Source: Escherichia phage momo. Taken from it: 64,000 nucleotides of DNA. The DNA lies in the sequence record MN850580.1, one strand, 5' to 3'. The notes beneath the pieces are model-generated. The model searched no databases. It was not told the origin of the DNA and saw only the letters and a program-made list of their open reading frames with translations. Below are positions 17,755-27,295 of this stretch, piece after piece. Numbering within the stretch: position 1 is the first letter of the stretch; the number at the start of each line of letters is the position of its first letter. The translations under genes were made by a program, and so were the position numbers.

Positions 17755-17979
17755 ATGATTAAGACACCTGTACCAATTTTTGGATTTCCTTCTATAGAAG
17801 AGTTCAAAGTTTATCTTGACAAAAACTTCTACAACGAGCAGCCTGTTACTTTGCTGAAGAGTGACTTATCAGAGCTTCTTGATATGGTTATTAAGGCAAC
17901 TTCTGAGAAGGAGCCTGAACAGAAAGCTGAGAAGAAGACTAGTAAGAAATCCGATAAGAAGACTGAAAAGTCTGAGTAA
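17755..17979 (+). CDS. hypothetical protein
   Basis: 74 aa with lysine-rich C-terminus. Confidence 0.4.
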   Translation: MIKTPVPIFGFPSIEEFKVYLDKNFYNEQPVTLLKSDLSELLDMVIKATSEKEPEQKAEKKTSKKSDKKTEKSE

Positions 17980-18031
17980 TAACTTAGGGGTTACTTGATA
18001 GCCCCTTTGTAGAAGCTTAGAAGGTAGCGAA

Positions 18032-18496
18032 ATGAAAATTAAAGAAGTCGTTCAAAAAGCAATGCTTGACAACTCAACTAAAGATGAAATGTACAAAGAG
18101 ATTTGTGATAAGTTGAATTGTTCAAGACATGCTGCTAAGGCTCTTGTACATTGTTTTATCTGGGAATGCTCAGAGGCTTATATGCAATATGTAGCTTTTG
18201 AAAGTTCTCACTTGCTAGGTGATGTAGAAGCTGGTGATAAGCTAAAAGAGCCTGAGATGAAAACAGTCCCTAGAGTCGGTAATACATACCCTCTTAAAGA
18301 TTTCAAGACTGGAAAGATTGTTGCAAAAGGTGTAGTAGAATCTGTCTATCATGATGGTAAATACTTACTTAAAATATTTGAGTATGACAGCCACTATACG
18401 CACTTATGTGGGATTACATTCTTAGTAACAGAAGAAGACCTTATTAAGCACAACAGCAACAAGTTTGCAGTACCAGCCTACCAAGTTTTACGATAA
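18032..18496 (+). CDS. hypothetical protein
   Basis: 154-aa ORF. Confidence 0.4.
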   Translation: MKIKEVVQKAMLDNSTKDEMYKEICDKLNCSRHAAKALVHCFIWECSEAYMQYVAFESSHLLGDVEAGDKLKEPEMKTVPRVGNTYPLKDFKTGKIVAKGVVESVYHDGKYLLKIFEYDSHYTHLCGITFLVTEEDLIKHNSNKFAVPAYQVLR

Positions 18497-19058
18497 TGTT
18501 GTGATAGCTATGGAAAAAGATAACTTAAAAGAAGTTGAAGGTAACTACCTAGTCCTTGACTGGAGTGATGTTCGTGAAGCACTCTCCGAAGAAAATCTTG
18601 ACTGGTTCCAACAAATTATCTTTGCAGTACGACATACCAGAGAAGTTGAAAATGGTAAAGAGCCACTTGAAGGAATCTTTGTAGAGAAGTCTTATCCGTT
18701 CTATGAAGACACTTTACAGAAAGTTAAAATGTACTTTAAACAGAAGAACCGTAAAGTGGTCACTATGGTATCTCTTGGTGGACAGAGTATGTCTGTGATG
18801 GAAGATATCAACCCTAAGAGACCGAGCAAAGGTGTCTGTATAAAAATCACAGGGCATGAAGAGTATATCTCAGTGGACGATTTTAGTGTGTTCTGTAATG
18901 GTTCTGCTGTCTTTAATGGGTTTCACTATGATATCCGAGTGTACCCAATCAAGGGAGATGATATCATGATGCAGATATTCGATAACAACAATGGATTTAC
19001 TCATTTTTATCAGACAACCAAGTCATCATTAAAAACAGTTCTGGAAACACTGATTTAA
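18465..19058 (+). CDS. hypothetical protein
   Basis: 197-aa ORF; true start may be internal MEKDNLKEV. Confidence 0.4.
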   Translation: MQYQPTKFYDNVVIAMEKDNLKEVEGNYLVLDWSDVREALSEENLDWFQQIIFAVRHTREVENGKEPLEGIFVEKSYPFYEDTLQKVKMYFKQKNRKVVTMVSLGGQSMSVMEDINPKRPSKGVCIKITGHEEYISVDDFSVFCNGSAVFNGFHYDIRVYPIKGDDIMMQIFDNNNGFTHFYQTTKSSLKTVLETLI

Positions 19059-19068
19059 AATATCTTAA

Positions 19069-19100
19069 GAGCCTCCTTAATTGGGGGCTTTTTAATTTTT
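19069..19100 (+). terminator. rho-independent terminator closing plus-strand cluster
   Basis: AGCCTCC-loop-GGGGGCT followed by TTTTTAATTTTT. Confidence 0.5.
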
Positions 19101-19105
19101 ATAAA

Positions 19106-20700
19106 ATTTTATCGGTTGTCCCAACCTCTGGGTCACCATCATATGTGAATAAAATATCTACCCTTCTTAACAACCTTCTTAAGCTTACTCTCTATATATA
19201 GTTATATAGTACTATATAGTATCTTAGTATCTATCTAGTGGTCTTAATAGCCCCTCTGTATAGCCCTTCTAAATAGCCTTCTAAACACTCTTCTAACAAG
19301 CCTTCTTAATAACCTATACAATCACCTTAACCATTCCTCTACACACTCTTAGAAGCTCCTATACACCTCTTAATCTCTATGTCAGCTATGATACCCTCTA
19401 TAGGTGTTCACTAGGTACTACTAAGCCTCTATATAGACTGTTTTAACAAACTTAACAGGAATATCTTCACAGACTTTATCTCACAAGGTCTAACACGGCA
19501 CTAACAAGGTATCTTATAAGCCTGTTTCTACCTGTATTTTTAAAAGACTGTATAGGTAATTATTCAGAATCTTAAAATTTTTATAAAATAGAGCTATCAA
19601 GTCATTTTTTAGGGTCTTTGAAGGAACTGAAAAATATCTGTAGAAGATGTATATCTGCTTGGTAGCCCTTAACAGCCCCCTTACAAGTACTTTGCAAAAT
19701 TTTAAAATATCCTTAACAATCTCTTAACAGTTCTCACACCTTCTTAACAACTCTTCAAAGGTCTTAACAGATTCTTAACAGAACTAACAAGGATGTAACA
19801 GTTTTCTAACAAGTGCTGAATAGGCTTTACAGAATCTTAACAGATGACTAACAAGAGCTAAGTAGTTAAATGTTAAGAGTTATTTTGTTAAGATAATTAA
19901 CAAGTTTCTAACAAGTGTTTAATCTTTTTAACAAGCTATTAACATGGTCACTACTCTTTTCTTATCGTTCCCTTTGCTTCTTAGTGATTCTTTAAACATA
20001 CCTCTTAAAAGCCCTCTATAGCTCCTTGTAAGCTCTTTTAAGTCTCTTCCTAGTATTTACCCCCAACTATACAGACACCTCTTTATAAGGCTTTACAGAA
20101 GCTTTAAAGGCTATGTCAAAGGCTCTTACAAGGCTTTTACATGGTCTTAACAGAGATTTAACAAGGGGCTAACAAGTTGCTAACAAGTGCCTTAAAAGCA
20201 TAACTATGTAGGGTTTGTTAAGAAATTGTTAAGAAAATGTTAAGGGGGCTAGCATTTACGTAACTTTTAAGCTACTTCAAAATAACTTTTAAACTACTTC
20301 AAAATAACTTTATAGCCCCCTTCTTAGATATTCACAAGATAGCTAACGAGATAATAAAGCTTACACCCTTATAAGATTCTTTTAAGTCTCTGGGAAGCTT
20401 TATAAAGGGCTTTTTAGGGTGAGTTAATGCAATCCCTTAAGTTAGGTTGATAAGGCTGTTATAGAGCTTTATAGAGCGTTTAAACGGTTGCCCTTCCCTT
20501 TCGGGTTATGGGCTTATATTTAAGTTGATTTGATAAAAGGCTATAGAGTAGACTATAGAGTTATTGCTTTTTAAGGTCTGATAAGATTCTGGAAAGGAAA
20601 GGGAAAGGGCTGTATAAGGGATTTGATAAGACGTAAAAAAGCCCCTATGAGATAGACTCTATCGAATCTATATGGGAAAGGGGCTGTAAAGGTATCTGGG
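19106..20700. promoter_or_regulatory. 1.6-kb non-coding region dense in short direct repeats; candidate origin / regulatory hub
   Basis: No ORF over 60 aa; more than 20 copies of (T/C)TAACA(G/A)G, TATATAGT repeats at 19195-19245, 21-nt tandem duplication at 20281-20322. Confidence 0.5.
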
Positions 20701-20723
20701 GCTATTTAGCCCCGTTGCGGCGT

Positions 20724-20972
20724 TTAGTTAGTGCCTTTTTTGTCGTAGTACAGGGAGACAATTTTTTCACCCCAGTAGTGGTATGTATAACCCTCTTTGA
20801 GAACTTCCTGTTTTGTTTCTTTCCAGAATTCATCAGAGGGGTTGTAGTCACTGATGGTCTGGCTGATGAGGCCTTTCACCATTTCAAAGGTGTTATCAGT
20901 ACCTACAAGGTCAAATTTAACGTCCAGAGAGTAGAAGCCGAATTCGTTAACAGTTGCGCGGATAGTAGCCAT
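20724..20972 (-). CDS. hypothetical small protein (cassette array)
   Basis: 82-aa ORF directly preceded by conserved leader ending AAACTGGAGATTCTAAAATG. Confidence 0.5.
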   Translation of the reverse strand: MATIRATVNEFGFYSLDVKFDLVGTDNTFEMVKGLISQTISDYNPSDEFWKETKQEVLKEGYTYHYWGEKIVSLYYDKKGTN

Positions 20973-21051
20973 TTTAGAATCTCCAGTTTAGGAAGTTGAT
21001 TAAGGGTTTTATTTAGTGGGGAAGGTCATTCCCTCCCCGTTGATTGACAAT
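20973..21051 (-). repeat. conserved stem-loop plus leader cassette, variant A
   Basis: GGGGAGGGAATGACCTTCCCC hairpin then CTAAACTGGAGATTCTAAA leader. Confidence 0.6.
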
Positions 21052-21582
21052 TTACAGACTTTTGATTGTCTCGTCAATATCTTTTTCAATATCTTTTAAA
21101 GTTTTTTCTAAGTTCTTGATATTGAAAGATAAGCCCTCTCCTAGTGTCTTAGAGTAACCGCTAGGACGTGAGTTATATAGTTCGATTTCTTCCACTTCGA
21201 AGAGACTAACCAACTCACCGCTTACACTGTAAGCCATTGAAACAGTATTTACAGGGGCTTTATAAAACTTGTTTAAGGACTTGATAGAACGTTCATAAGC
21301 CATTTTATAACCGTTTAAAAGGTTTTTAACGTGGTTACGAACGTTTTTGCACTCATCTAAGTAAATCTCTAAGAATAACGGTAATAATTCCGCTACAGCT
21401 TGCATAAAGTGAGAGACTACAACAGTAGAAACATTACGGCGATGAATGTAATAAGCCCCGTTTTCTGACTTAGTGATGGTTGCAAAGTGTACCCCATTGC
21501 AGCGAAATTCGTATGTGTCTTTTACAGGTTTTGACATTACAGCATTTGAACGAATGAAGTTGATAGCTTTAAACTTGTTCAT
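21052..21582 (-). CDS. hypothetical protein (cassette array)
   Basis: 176-aa ORF preceded by cassette. Confidence 0.5.
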   Translation of the reverse strand: MNKFKAINFIRSNAVMSKPVKDTYEFRCNGVHFATITKSENGAYYIHRRNVSTVVVSHFMQAVAELLPLFLEIYLDECKNVRNHVKNLLNGYKMAYERSIKSLNKFYKAPVNTVSMAYSVSGELVSLFEVEEIELYNSRPSGYSKTLGEGLSFNIKNLEKTLKDIEKDIDETIKSL

Positions 21583-21665
21583 TTTGACTCTCCTAGTTTA
21601 AGGATTTTATTTAGTGAGGAAGGTCATCCCTCCCGTTGATTAGTAATTTACTTGTTTTGATAGCT
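21583..21665 (-). repeat. conserved stem-loop plus leader cassette, variant A, degenerate
   Basis: Hairpin and leader with SD GGAG. Confidence 0.5.
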
Positions 21666-21801
21666 GATTGCAAGCAATTTTTTAAGCTTATCTATAAAGA
21701 ATCTTTTAAGTGAATCCCTTTTAGATAAACCCCCTCGAACAAAGTTACCAATGTCAAGGGGTATTGTCAACACTTTTTAAAAGTTTTTTGTAAGTTATTG
21801 A

Positions 21802-22143
21802 TTAACTGATGAATATTTTTTCAGGCTTTACATAGCTGATACGTTGACTTTTTAGAAGGTCATCCCAGATTATCGCGGCAATGTGACCATATCCGGCCTC
21901 ACGTAAGAGCTTCATTGCTTTACTTCTCGTTTCAAAACGGCTTGCGTAGTACTCACTATTCAGAGTTGTTTTCTTCCCTTCATTGTCTACATGAATAATC
22001 TGCATTACGTGAAAGGGGCTTGTGTCCTCGCCTTTGTTCCACTGTTCAAAGTATTTTAGGCACTGCATAGGCGACATCTTATCACTAACCTGAGTTGACC
22101 AAGATGCGCCAGCTTTATCGGTAATTACGGTTACATAAGCCAT
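21802..22143 (-). CDS. hypothetical protein (cassette array)
   Basis: 113-aa ORF preceded by cassette. Confidence 0.5.
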   Translation of the reverse strand: MAYVTVITDKAGASWSTQVSDKMSPMQCLKYFEQWNKGEDTSPFHVMQIIHVDNEGKKTTLNSEYYASRFETRSKAMKLLREAGYGHIAAIIWDDLLKSQRISYVKPEKIFIS

Positions 22144-22233
22144 TTTTAGAATCTCCAGTTTAGGACTTTACTTAGTGGGGAAGGTCATTCCCTCCCCGTT
22201 GATTGACAATTTACAGACTTTTATCAGGCTTGT
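22144..22233 (-). repeat. conserved stem-loop plus leader cassette, variant A
   Basis: Near-identical to 20973-21051. Confidence 0.6.
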
Positions 22234-22467
22234 CTAGTCTTTTTCAATGATAATTTCATATTGACCGTCAACGCTGTCAAAATAGATGCCGTCTTTATCT
22301 TCTGTCTTAAAGTAGCATTGTATATCATCACTTGCGGGATAGTCTTGCCGTGCTATCTGGCAAACTTGAATAGCATTTTCTTTACTTCCTGTAAACTCTT
22401 CAAGCCCTTTAAAATCGCATGAATGACCATTACAGATGGAAAGGATGAGGTAAACGGTTGTAAGCAT
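22234..22467 (-). CDS. hypothetical small protein
   Basis: 77-aa ORF; upstream hairpin AGCCCCT-ACAA-GGGGCT instead of the standard cassette. Confidence 0.45.
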   Translation of the reverse strand: MLTTVYLILSICNGHSCDFKGLEEFTGSKENAIQVCQIARQDYPASDDIQCYFKTEDKDGIYFDSVDGQYEIIIEKD

Positions 22468-22510
22468 GATTTAAGCCCCCTAAAAGCCCCTACAAGGGGC
22501 TGATTAGTGT

Positions 22511-23077
22511 TTATAAGGTGATTGCATAGGTTTTTAAAAAAAAGCTCTTTAAATCCTCTTCTGCGATGTTTCCTGCCAGTGTATCCATGATGTCACAAAA
22601 AACCTGAATGCTGTCCGACTGTTGAACGCTTTTAGCAAGAAGCTCCAGAGACTCATCAAGATAGTTTAAATTTGGGTTATCCAATGAAGGAAGACAAAAA
22701 GGCGAAAACATCGCATTAAACTCGGTTACGTAAACCTTTTTAATCCAATTTAAATCGAAGTATTCTGTAAAACTTGCTACGCCAGACATATTATCACAAG
22801 AATAATCATCATTTAATTCGTCCTCTGGAATATCAAGTTCCAAGATAACAATGTTTTGGGTTTTCATCTGGAAAGCTGCCGTGATAGTGGCATTTCCTAA
22901 CGCCTGTTGAATACCTTCGGATACTATCTCTTCCTCATCGTCACCATAGATTTTATTTTCTGGGTATACGTAAAAATTGCCATCCATATCCGAACAATTC
23001 CATGCACCTGATGGCTTATCACCATTATTAATCAGGTTGATAAAGTTTTCTTGAGTAGTACCGTGAAAGCATTTCAT
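22511..23077 (-). CDS. hypothetical protein (cassette array)
   Basis: 188-aa ORF preceded by variant B cassette. Confidence 0.5.
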   Translation of the reverse strand: MKCFHGTTQENFINLINNGDKPSGAWNCSDMDGNFYVYPENKIYGDDEEEIVSEGIQQALGNATITAAFQMKTQNIVILELDIPEDELNDDYSCDNMSGVASFTEYFDLNWIKKVYVTEFNAMFSPFCLPSLDNPNLNYLDESLELLAKSVQQSDSIQVFCDIMDTLAGNIAEEDLKSFFLKTYAITL

Positions 23078-23163
23078 TTTTTGAATCTCCAGTTTAGGAT
23101 TTAGTGGTAAAGCTCTTTATCTGGGGCTTACTTTATCGAACTATAAGCCCCTTGTAAAGTACT
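23078..23163 (-). repeat. conserved stem-loop plus leader cassette, variant B
   Basis: GGGGCTTA-13 nt-TAAGCCCC hairpin; minus strand TTTACA-17 nt-TAAAGT promoter-like; leader with SD GGAG. Confidence 0.6.
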
Positions 23164-23367
23164 TTATTTGTTATTTTTGACAACTTTTAAGACTGCAAGA
23201 TACCCTAAGCAATAAGAATCACCGAAGAGAGTCCTACCCATGAAAGAATCCTCTTTGATATCCTTTGTAGTGACAGTTTTTTCTACGCCGTGGGAAAGGA
23301 CTATATCGCCAACTTTGATATCTTTGATGTGTGTAGTTTCAATGTTTAAGCCGTTAATAATAGCCAT
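23164..23367 (-). CDS. hypothetical small protein (cassette array)
   Basis: 67-aa ORF preceded by variant A cassette. Confidence 0.5.
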   Translation of the reverse strand: MAIINGLNIETTHIKDIKVGDIVLSHGVEKTVTTKDIKEDSFMGRTLFGDSYCLGYLAVLKVVKNNK

Positions 23368-23467
23368 TTTAGAATCTCCAGTTTAGGACTTTACTTAGTG
23401 GGGAAGGTCATTCCCTCCCCGTTGATGTGTAATTTAATCTATCTAAAAACCGGTGTCAACAAAATTT
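23368..23467 (-). repeat. conserved stem-loop plus leader cassette, variant A
   Basis: Same hairpin and leader. Confidence 0.6.
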
Positions 23468-23872
23468 TTAGAGTTCTGCATAAATTGCATCACAGACATC
23501 ACGAAAATCGTGATTTGTCAAATTACGTTGTAACCAAGTGGCAAAGAAATCAGCGATTGCAAAATTAGCGTCATACTCGACGGATAGCCATACTTTAACA
23601 GCAAATCGAAACATTTTTAAATCAAGCTCTTTATTCATTATCTTTGATTTGCCTAACATGTCAGCCATTTCATATTGTGCGCCGTCTAGCGTGATACCTG
23701 ATGCAACGTCAGCCAATGATTTTTTTACGTTTTCAACGTCTAAGATAACGCTTTGAATCTTCCCGATAATGTTGTGCAATGTCTCATCAGGCGCTGATGA
23801 CGTGATAACATTAATCCGGTTAACGGTCAAACGTGCTTTTAAGATTGATAATTCACGGTTATTAATAGCCAT
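23468..23872 (-). CDS. hypothetical protein (cassette array)
   Basis: 134-aa ORF preceded by variant B cassette. Confidence 0.5.
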   Translation of the reverse strand: MAINNRELSILKARLTVNRINVITSSAPDETLHNIIGKIQSVILDVENVKKSLADVASGITLDGAQYEMADMLGKSKIMNKELDLKMFRFAVKVWLSVEYDANFAIADFFATWLQRNLTNHDFRDVCDAIYAEL

Positions 23873-23958
23873 TTTTAAGTTCTCCAGTTTAGGATTTAGT
23901 GGTAAAGCTCTTTATCTGGGGCTTACTTTATCGAACTATAAGCCCCCTGTAAAGTACT
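23873..23958 (-). repeat. conserved stem-loop plus leader cassette, variant B
   Basis: Near-identical to 23078-23163. Confidence 0.6.
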
Positions 23959-24231
23959 TTACACTAAATGCAGCTTTTTACCTTTTACTATGATGTAACT
24001 CGATGCGCTATTGCTTTGCACATCCTGATAAATTCTGCGCAAACGGCCTTCGTAGTATACTTTCCAACTGGTTGGAATCTTTTTCCCGTATCCTGTAGCA
24101 GTTTTTTGTAGTCCTGCAAGTTGCCAATCTAAGATATGTTGTTCGGCTTGTAAATCTTCGAAGTGCATTACACCGTTCACATAGTGACGAATGGTTACGT
24201 TTAAGGTGCGACCGTTGTTAGTAGTGTACAT
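23959..24231 (-). CDS. hypothetical protein (cassette array)
   Basis: 90-aa ORF preceded by cassette. Confidence 0.5.
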   Translation of the reverse strand: MYTTNNGRTLNVTIRHYVNGVMHFEDLQAEQHILDWQLAGLQKTATGYGKKIPTSWKVYYEGRLRRIYQDVQSNSASSYIIVKGKKLHLV

Positions 24232-24318
24232 TTTGAATCTCCTAGTTTAAGGACTTTACTTAGTGGGGAGGTTATTACCTCCCGTTGATTAGTAATTTAC
24301 TTGTTTTAAAAACCAAAA
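24232..24318 (-). repeat. conserved stem-loop plus leader cassette, variant A, diverged
   Basis: GGGGAGGTTATTACCTCCC hairpin and leader. Confidence 0.55.
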
Positions 24319-24651
24319 TCAAGAGGAATTTTTTCGTTTGCTCAATTCTTGAACAATTACAGCGTAGTAGTCTTTTAAGTCACTGACATTTAAAGCATTT
24401 ATCAGAGAATTATAATCATCGACTAACTGAAAATCATCTTTGAAAATGTCGCTGATTTGATAAGTTTTTGATTGAAATCTGAAGCTCATTTCTAACCGTT
24501 TTATTTGTTCATCACTTAAACGCTCCAGAAAGCTCATTACAAGGCTATTATTGACCTGTTGCGTGATTGCCTTATTTGCTAGATTATAGGCTTTATATGC
24601 CTTATATAGCGCGAAAATGGCAAGGATTGCGGTGATGCCAGTCATTAACAT
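24319..24651 (-). CDS. hypothetical membrane protein
   Basis: 110 aa with N-terminal hydrophobic segment; overlaps upstream gene by 7 nt. Confidence 0.45.
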   Translation of the reverse strand: MLMTGITAILAIFALYKAYKAYNLANKAITQQVNNSLVMSFLERLSDEQIKRLEMSFRFQSKTYQISDIFKDDFQLVDDYNSLINALNVSDLKDYYAVIVQELSKRKNSS

Positions 24652-24941
24652 GGTGTTTCCTCTTTACGTGATACTTTGCCATTTACAGTTATCTCATAGG
24701 ATTCTAATAAGTCACTTTTAGACTTTACTGGACTTTTAAAAGTATCATCATAAATATTTACTTGCAATACAGGTTTTTTATACTCCCTGCAACTATTCCA
24801 TAAGCAAATCACTACGCGACGGCCTTTTATTTTGCCGTGCAACCATTCCATAACATCATGATTATTTCTTGATGTCTCGATAAAATCAATTTTGTTGAGT
24901 AATTTGCTCAGATTTTCACGCACTTGATTTGATAATTTCAT
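24645..24941 (-). CDS. hypothetical protein (cassette array)
   Basis: 98-aa ORF preceded by cassette. Confidence 0.5.
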   Translation of the reverse strand: MKLSNQVRENLSKLLNKIDFIETSRNNHDVMEWLHGKIKGRRVVICLWNSCREYKKPVLQVNIYDDTFKSPVKSKSDLLESYEITVNGKVSRKEETPC

Positions 24942-25033
24942 TTTAGAATCTCCTAGTTTAAGGGCTTTATTTGATAAATCTCTTTATCTGGGGCTATCTT
25001 ACCAGCTTGATAACCCCGTGTAAAGAAATCTAT
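24942..25033 (-). repeat. conserved stem-loop plus leader cassette, variant B, diverged
   Basis: GGGGCTATCTTACCAGCTTGATAACCCC hairpin and leader. Confidence 0.55.
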
Positions 25034-25546
25034 TTAGTTCTTAAAGATATTCATCACTGAGTCTTTCAACGATTCCAAACGTTCTAATACTTCAGTTTCT
25101 GCGTCTGAATTGTTCACCTCTTCTTTTAGTCTATCTTCTAAATCCTCACCGTCACTATAGCACCAATCGAAAGCGTAACCAATATAAAAGCTGTCTAAAA
25201 CCGTTTTACCGTTTGCATCTACAACTTTCGCGGCAATGTTATACTCTGAAGCTTCTAAATCTCTTTCTAGTTCTTTTTGTAAGCTGATGTAAGCCTCTTT
25301 TGATGGATTTTCCCGGCCTTGTTTTGCATAGTCACTTGAAAGCTGTTTAAGGCTGTAATGCAAAGGGATTGCATATTTAAATGCATTATGCTGATAGTTA
25401 GGATTTTTAACAGTCACGCCGCCTTGATGGTCATCTGTAAACTTCCAATTATCAAGGTTATGGCTTGCTTCGTAGCAATTTACCGCTTCATAGATAATGG
25501 TGAATTTTTCTTTTACAACTTCAAAAGTAGCGTCTACAGTTTTCAT
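25034..25546 (-). CDS. hypothetical acidic protein (cassette array)
   Basis: 170-aa ORF preceded by cassette. Confidence 0.5.
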   Translation of the reverse strand: MKTVDATFEVVKEKFTIIYEAVNCYEASHNLDNWKFTDDHQGGVTVKNPNYQHNAFKYAIPLHYSLKQLSSDYAKQGRENPSKEAYISLQKELERDLEASEYNIAAKVVDANGKTVLDSFYIGYAFDWCYSDGEDLEDRLKEEVNNSDAETEVLERLESLKDSVMNIFKN

Positions 25547-25634
25547 TTTTGAATCTCCAGTTTAGGATTTAGTGGTAAAGCTCTTTATCTGGGGCTTAAG
25601 ATATCAACTTTTAAGCCCCTTGTAAAGTACTTTA
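25547..25634 (-). repeat. conserved stem-loop plus leader cassette, variant B
   Basis: GGGGCTTAAGATATCAACTTTTAAGCCCC hairpin and leader. Confidence 0.6.
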
Positions 25635-25892
25635 TCAGATTAAATTGCCAGTTAATGATAAGTGCATTTTATAGCCTTTTTTGGTAAAGACGTTCACTTT
25701 ACCGAGTGATTTTACACCTTTAAAAAGGTTGTTTGAACTGCGTTTTAAGGTTAGTTGTTTATCAGCCTTTACTCCCCATCTTACAGCGGATTGTTTTCCG
25801 TTGTCAACCACTTTCCCGCATAACTTTTTAGCCATAACGCGAGCGTCATCACGAGTTTTTGCAGCAATTACAACGTTTTTGATAATAGCCAT
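25635..25892 (-). CDS. hypothetical basic protein (cassette array)
   Basis: Start placed at MAIIKNVV directly after cassette; ORF track start is an upstream alternative. Confidence 0.45.
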   Translation of the reverse strand: MAIIKNVVIAAKTRDDARVMAKKLCGKVVDNGKQSAVRWGVKADKQLTLKRSSNNLFKGVKSLGKVNVFTKKGYKMHLSLTGNLI

Positions 25893-25981
25893 TTTTAAGT
25901 TCTCCAATTTAGGATTTAGTGGTAAAGCTCTTTATCTGGGGCTTACTTTATCGAACTATAAGCCCCTTGTAAAGTACTTTA
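25893..25981 (-). repeat. conserved stem-loop plus leader cassette, variant B
   Basis: Near-identical to 23078-23163. Confidence 0.6.
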
Positions 25982-26362
25982 TCAGTTAATTTTGAAAATT
26001 GTCACATAGCCGTCACTGCCGATTATTTGAGACACTCCAGCTTTTTCCACTGAATAGTCCATATTTTCAAGATGATAAACAGCATCATCATAACCATATG
26101 CGCCACCCTGATAACGTCTCTTATCGCATCTTATCAGGTTTTTACCACGTCCTGCAAGTGCATTCAGTACAGCTTTTTCACTTGATAGCGTACCATCTAA
26201 CATGGTTGCCGTGTAATGGTTGATTTTATTCCCGTTAATATCATACTTAAAATTGAATGCGTGAATAACAATCAATTTGCCGTTAAATTTTTCATCAAGT
26301 GACTTCTCCAGTGCGTTGCGGAAGTTGTCTTTGTTGATGAATTTCGGTGCACGATAAGCCAT
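25982..26362 (-). CDS. hypothetical protein (cassette array)
   Basis: 126-aa ORF preceded by cassette. Confidence 0.5.
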   Translation of the reverse strand: MAYRAPKFINKDNFRNALEKSLDEKFNGKLIVIHAFNFKYDINGNKINHYTATMLDGTLSSEKAVLNALAGRGKNLIRCDKRRYQGGAYGYDDAVYHLENMDYSVEKAGVSQIIGSDGYVTIFKIN

Positions 26363-26450
26363 TTTTGAATCTCCTAGTTTAAGGTTAATGTAGTAAAGCT
26401 CTTTATCTGGGGCTTACTTTATCGAACTATAAGCCCCTTGTAAAGTACTT
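26363..26450 (-). repeat. conserved stem-loop plus leader cassette, variant B
   Basis: Near-identical hairpin and leader. Confidence 0.6.
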
Positions 26451-26672
26451 TTATCTATCGTAATAGTAAACCGCTGTCTGTTTTATATGTCGCTTTGTAT
26501 TCTTCGTAAGGTAGCAATTAGAGTTGATTGCCGTTTCTACATAGTTGCAATAATCAGCTTCTGATATTCTACGCCATGCGCCGCACACTTGCATGTAAAA
26601 ACGTTTTACCTTTGTATTAACGTTGGTTGTAACCATCAATTCACGGCTGTAAATCATTATTTCGCGCTCCAT
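26451..26672 (-). CDS. hypothetical small protein
   Basis: 73-aa ORF overlapping upstream gene by 16 nt. Confidence 0.4.
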   Translation of the reverse strand: MEREIMIYSRELMVTTNVNTKVKRFYMQVCGAWRRISEADYCNYVETAINSNCYLTKNTKRHIKQTAVYYYDR

Positions 26673-26845
26673 TTCTCAAAGAGTTCAGCAGGGAAACGTT
26701 CGCTATAACCTTTTAAGGAAAAAGTGTTATCTTTGTGGATAGCTTCCACCTGATAAACCTTATAAGAACGTATAGTTAGCATTTTGTAAGAGTATTCGTG
26801 CTTAATGTTAACCTCATCGCCAACTTTAATTTTTCTTGATGCCAT
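26657..26845 (-). CDS. hypothetical small protein (first gene of cassette array)
   Basis: 62-aa ORF preceded by leader CTAAACTGGAGAATCTAAGAAATG. Confidence 0.45.
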   Translation of the reverse strand: MASRKIKVGDEVNIKHEYSYKMLTIRSYKVYQVEAIHKDNTFSLKGYSERFPAELFEKWSAK

Positions 26846-26890
26846 TTCTTAGATTCTCCAGTTTAGGAAGTGGGCTTGATTGCCCGTCTG
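26846..26890 (-). repeat. leader half of cassette, no hairpin
   Basis: Leader motif with SD GGAG only. Confidence 0.45.
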
Positions 26891-27096
26891 ATGCAGATAT
26901 TAGATAACCATACTCAAAGAGTCAATAGGAATTTTAAAAATATTTTTTTTTTTTTTGCAAAGATTGTAATGAAACGGGTGCGCGCGACTACCATAAAACA
27001 GAACTACAATCAAGAATTATTTTTCAATCCGCTACAAATTTTTCTGTTGACTTTTATTTCCAGATGTGGTAGCCTTGTGAGAAATGGCGACATCCC

Positions 27097-27295
27097 CACC
27101 TGCACCCACCTACCTGCACAATTCTAAAATGATTTTTCTTGCCCGACCTGATTTTTCTCTGCACGTTTTGAAAATGAAAAAGCTCTTTGGAGATTACCTG
27201 CACAGTTTGAAAATGAATTTTCCCTTTGGAGTTCAAAATTTTCTCTACAGATTTCTCTACAGAACTCTACCTGCACAATCCTGAAATGAAAAAGC
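27097..27295. repeat. direct repeats (A/T)CCTGCACA...GAAAATGA, 5-6 copies
   Basis: Copies at about 27098, 27114, 27168, 27196, 27269; adjacent poly-T run at 26944-26958. Confidence 0.5.

Noticed and set aside
20715-20999. Plus-strand 94-aa ORF antisense to the first cassette-array gene
   Set aside because: The minus-strand ORF has the conserved leader and RBS; the plus-strand ORF has neither
20700-26900. Possible CRISPR array
   Set aside because: Repeats are ~85 nt, imperfect, in two variants, and the intervening sequences are 200-550-bp protein-coding ORFs with ribosome-binding sites inside each repeat
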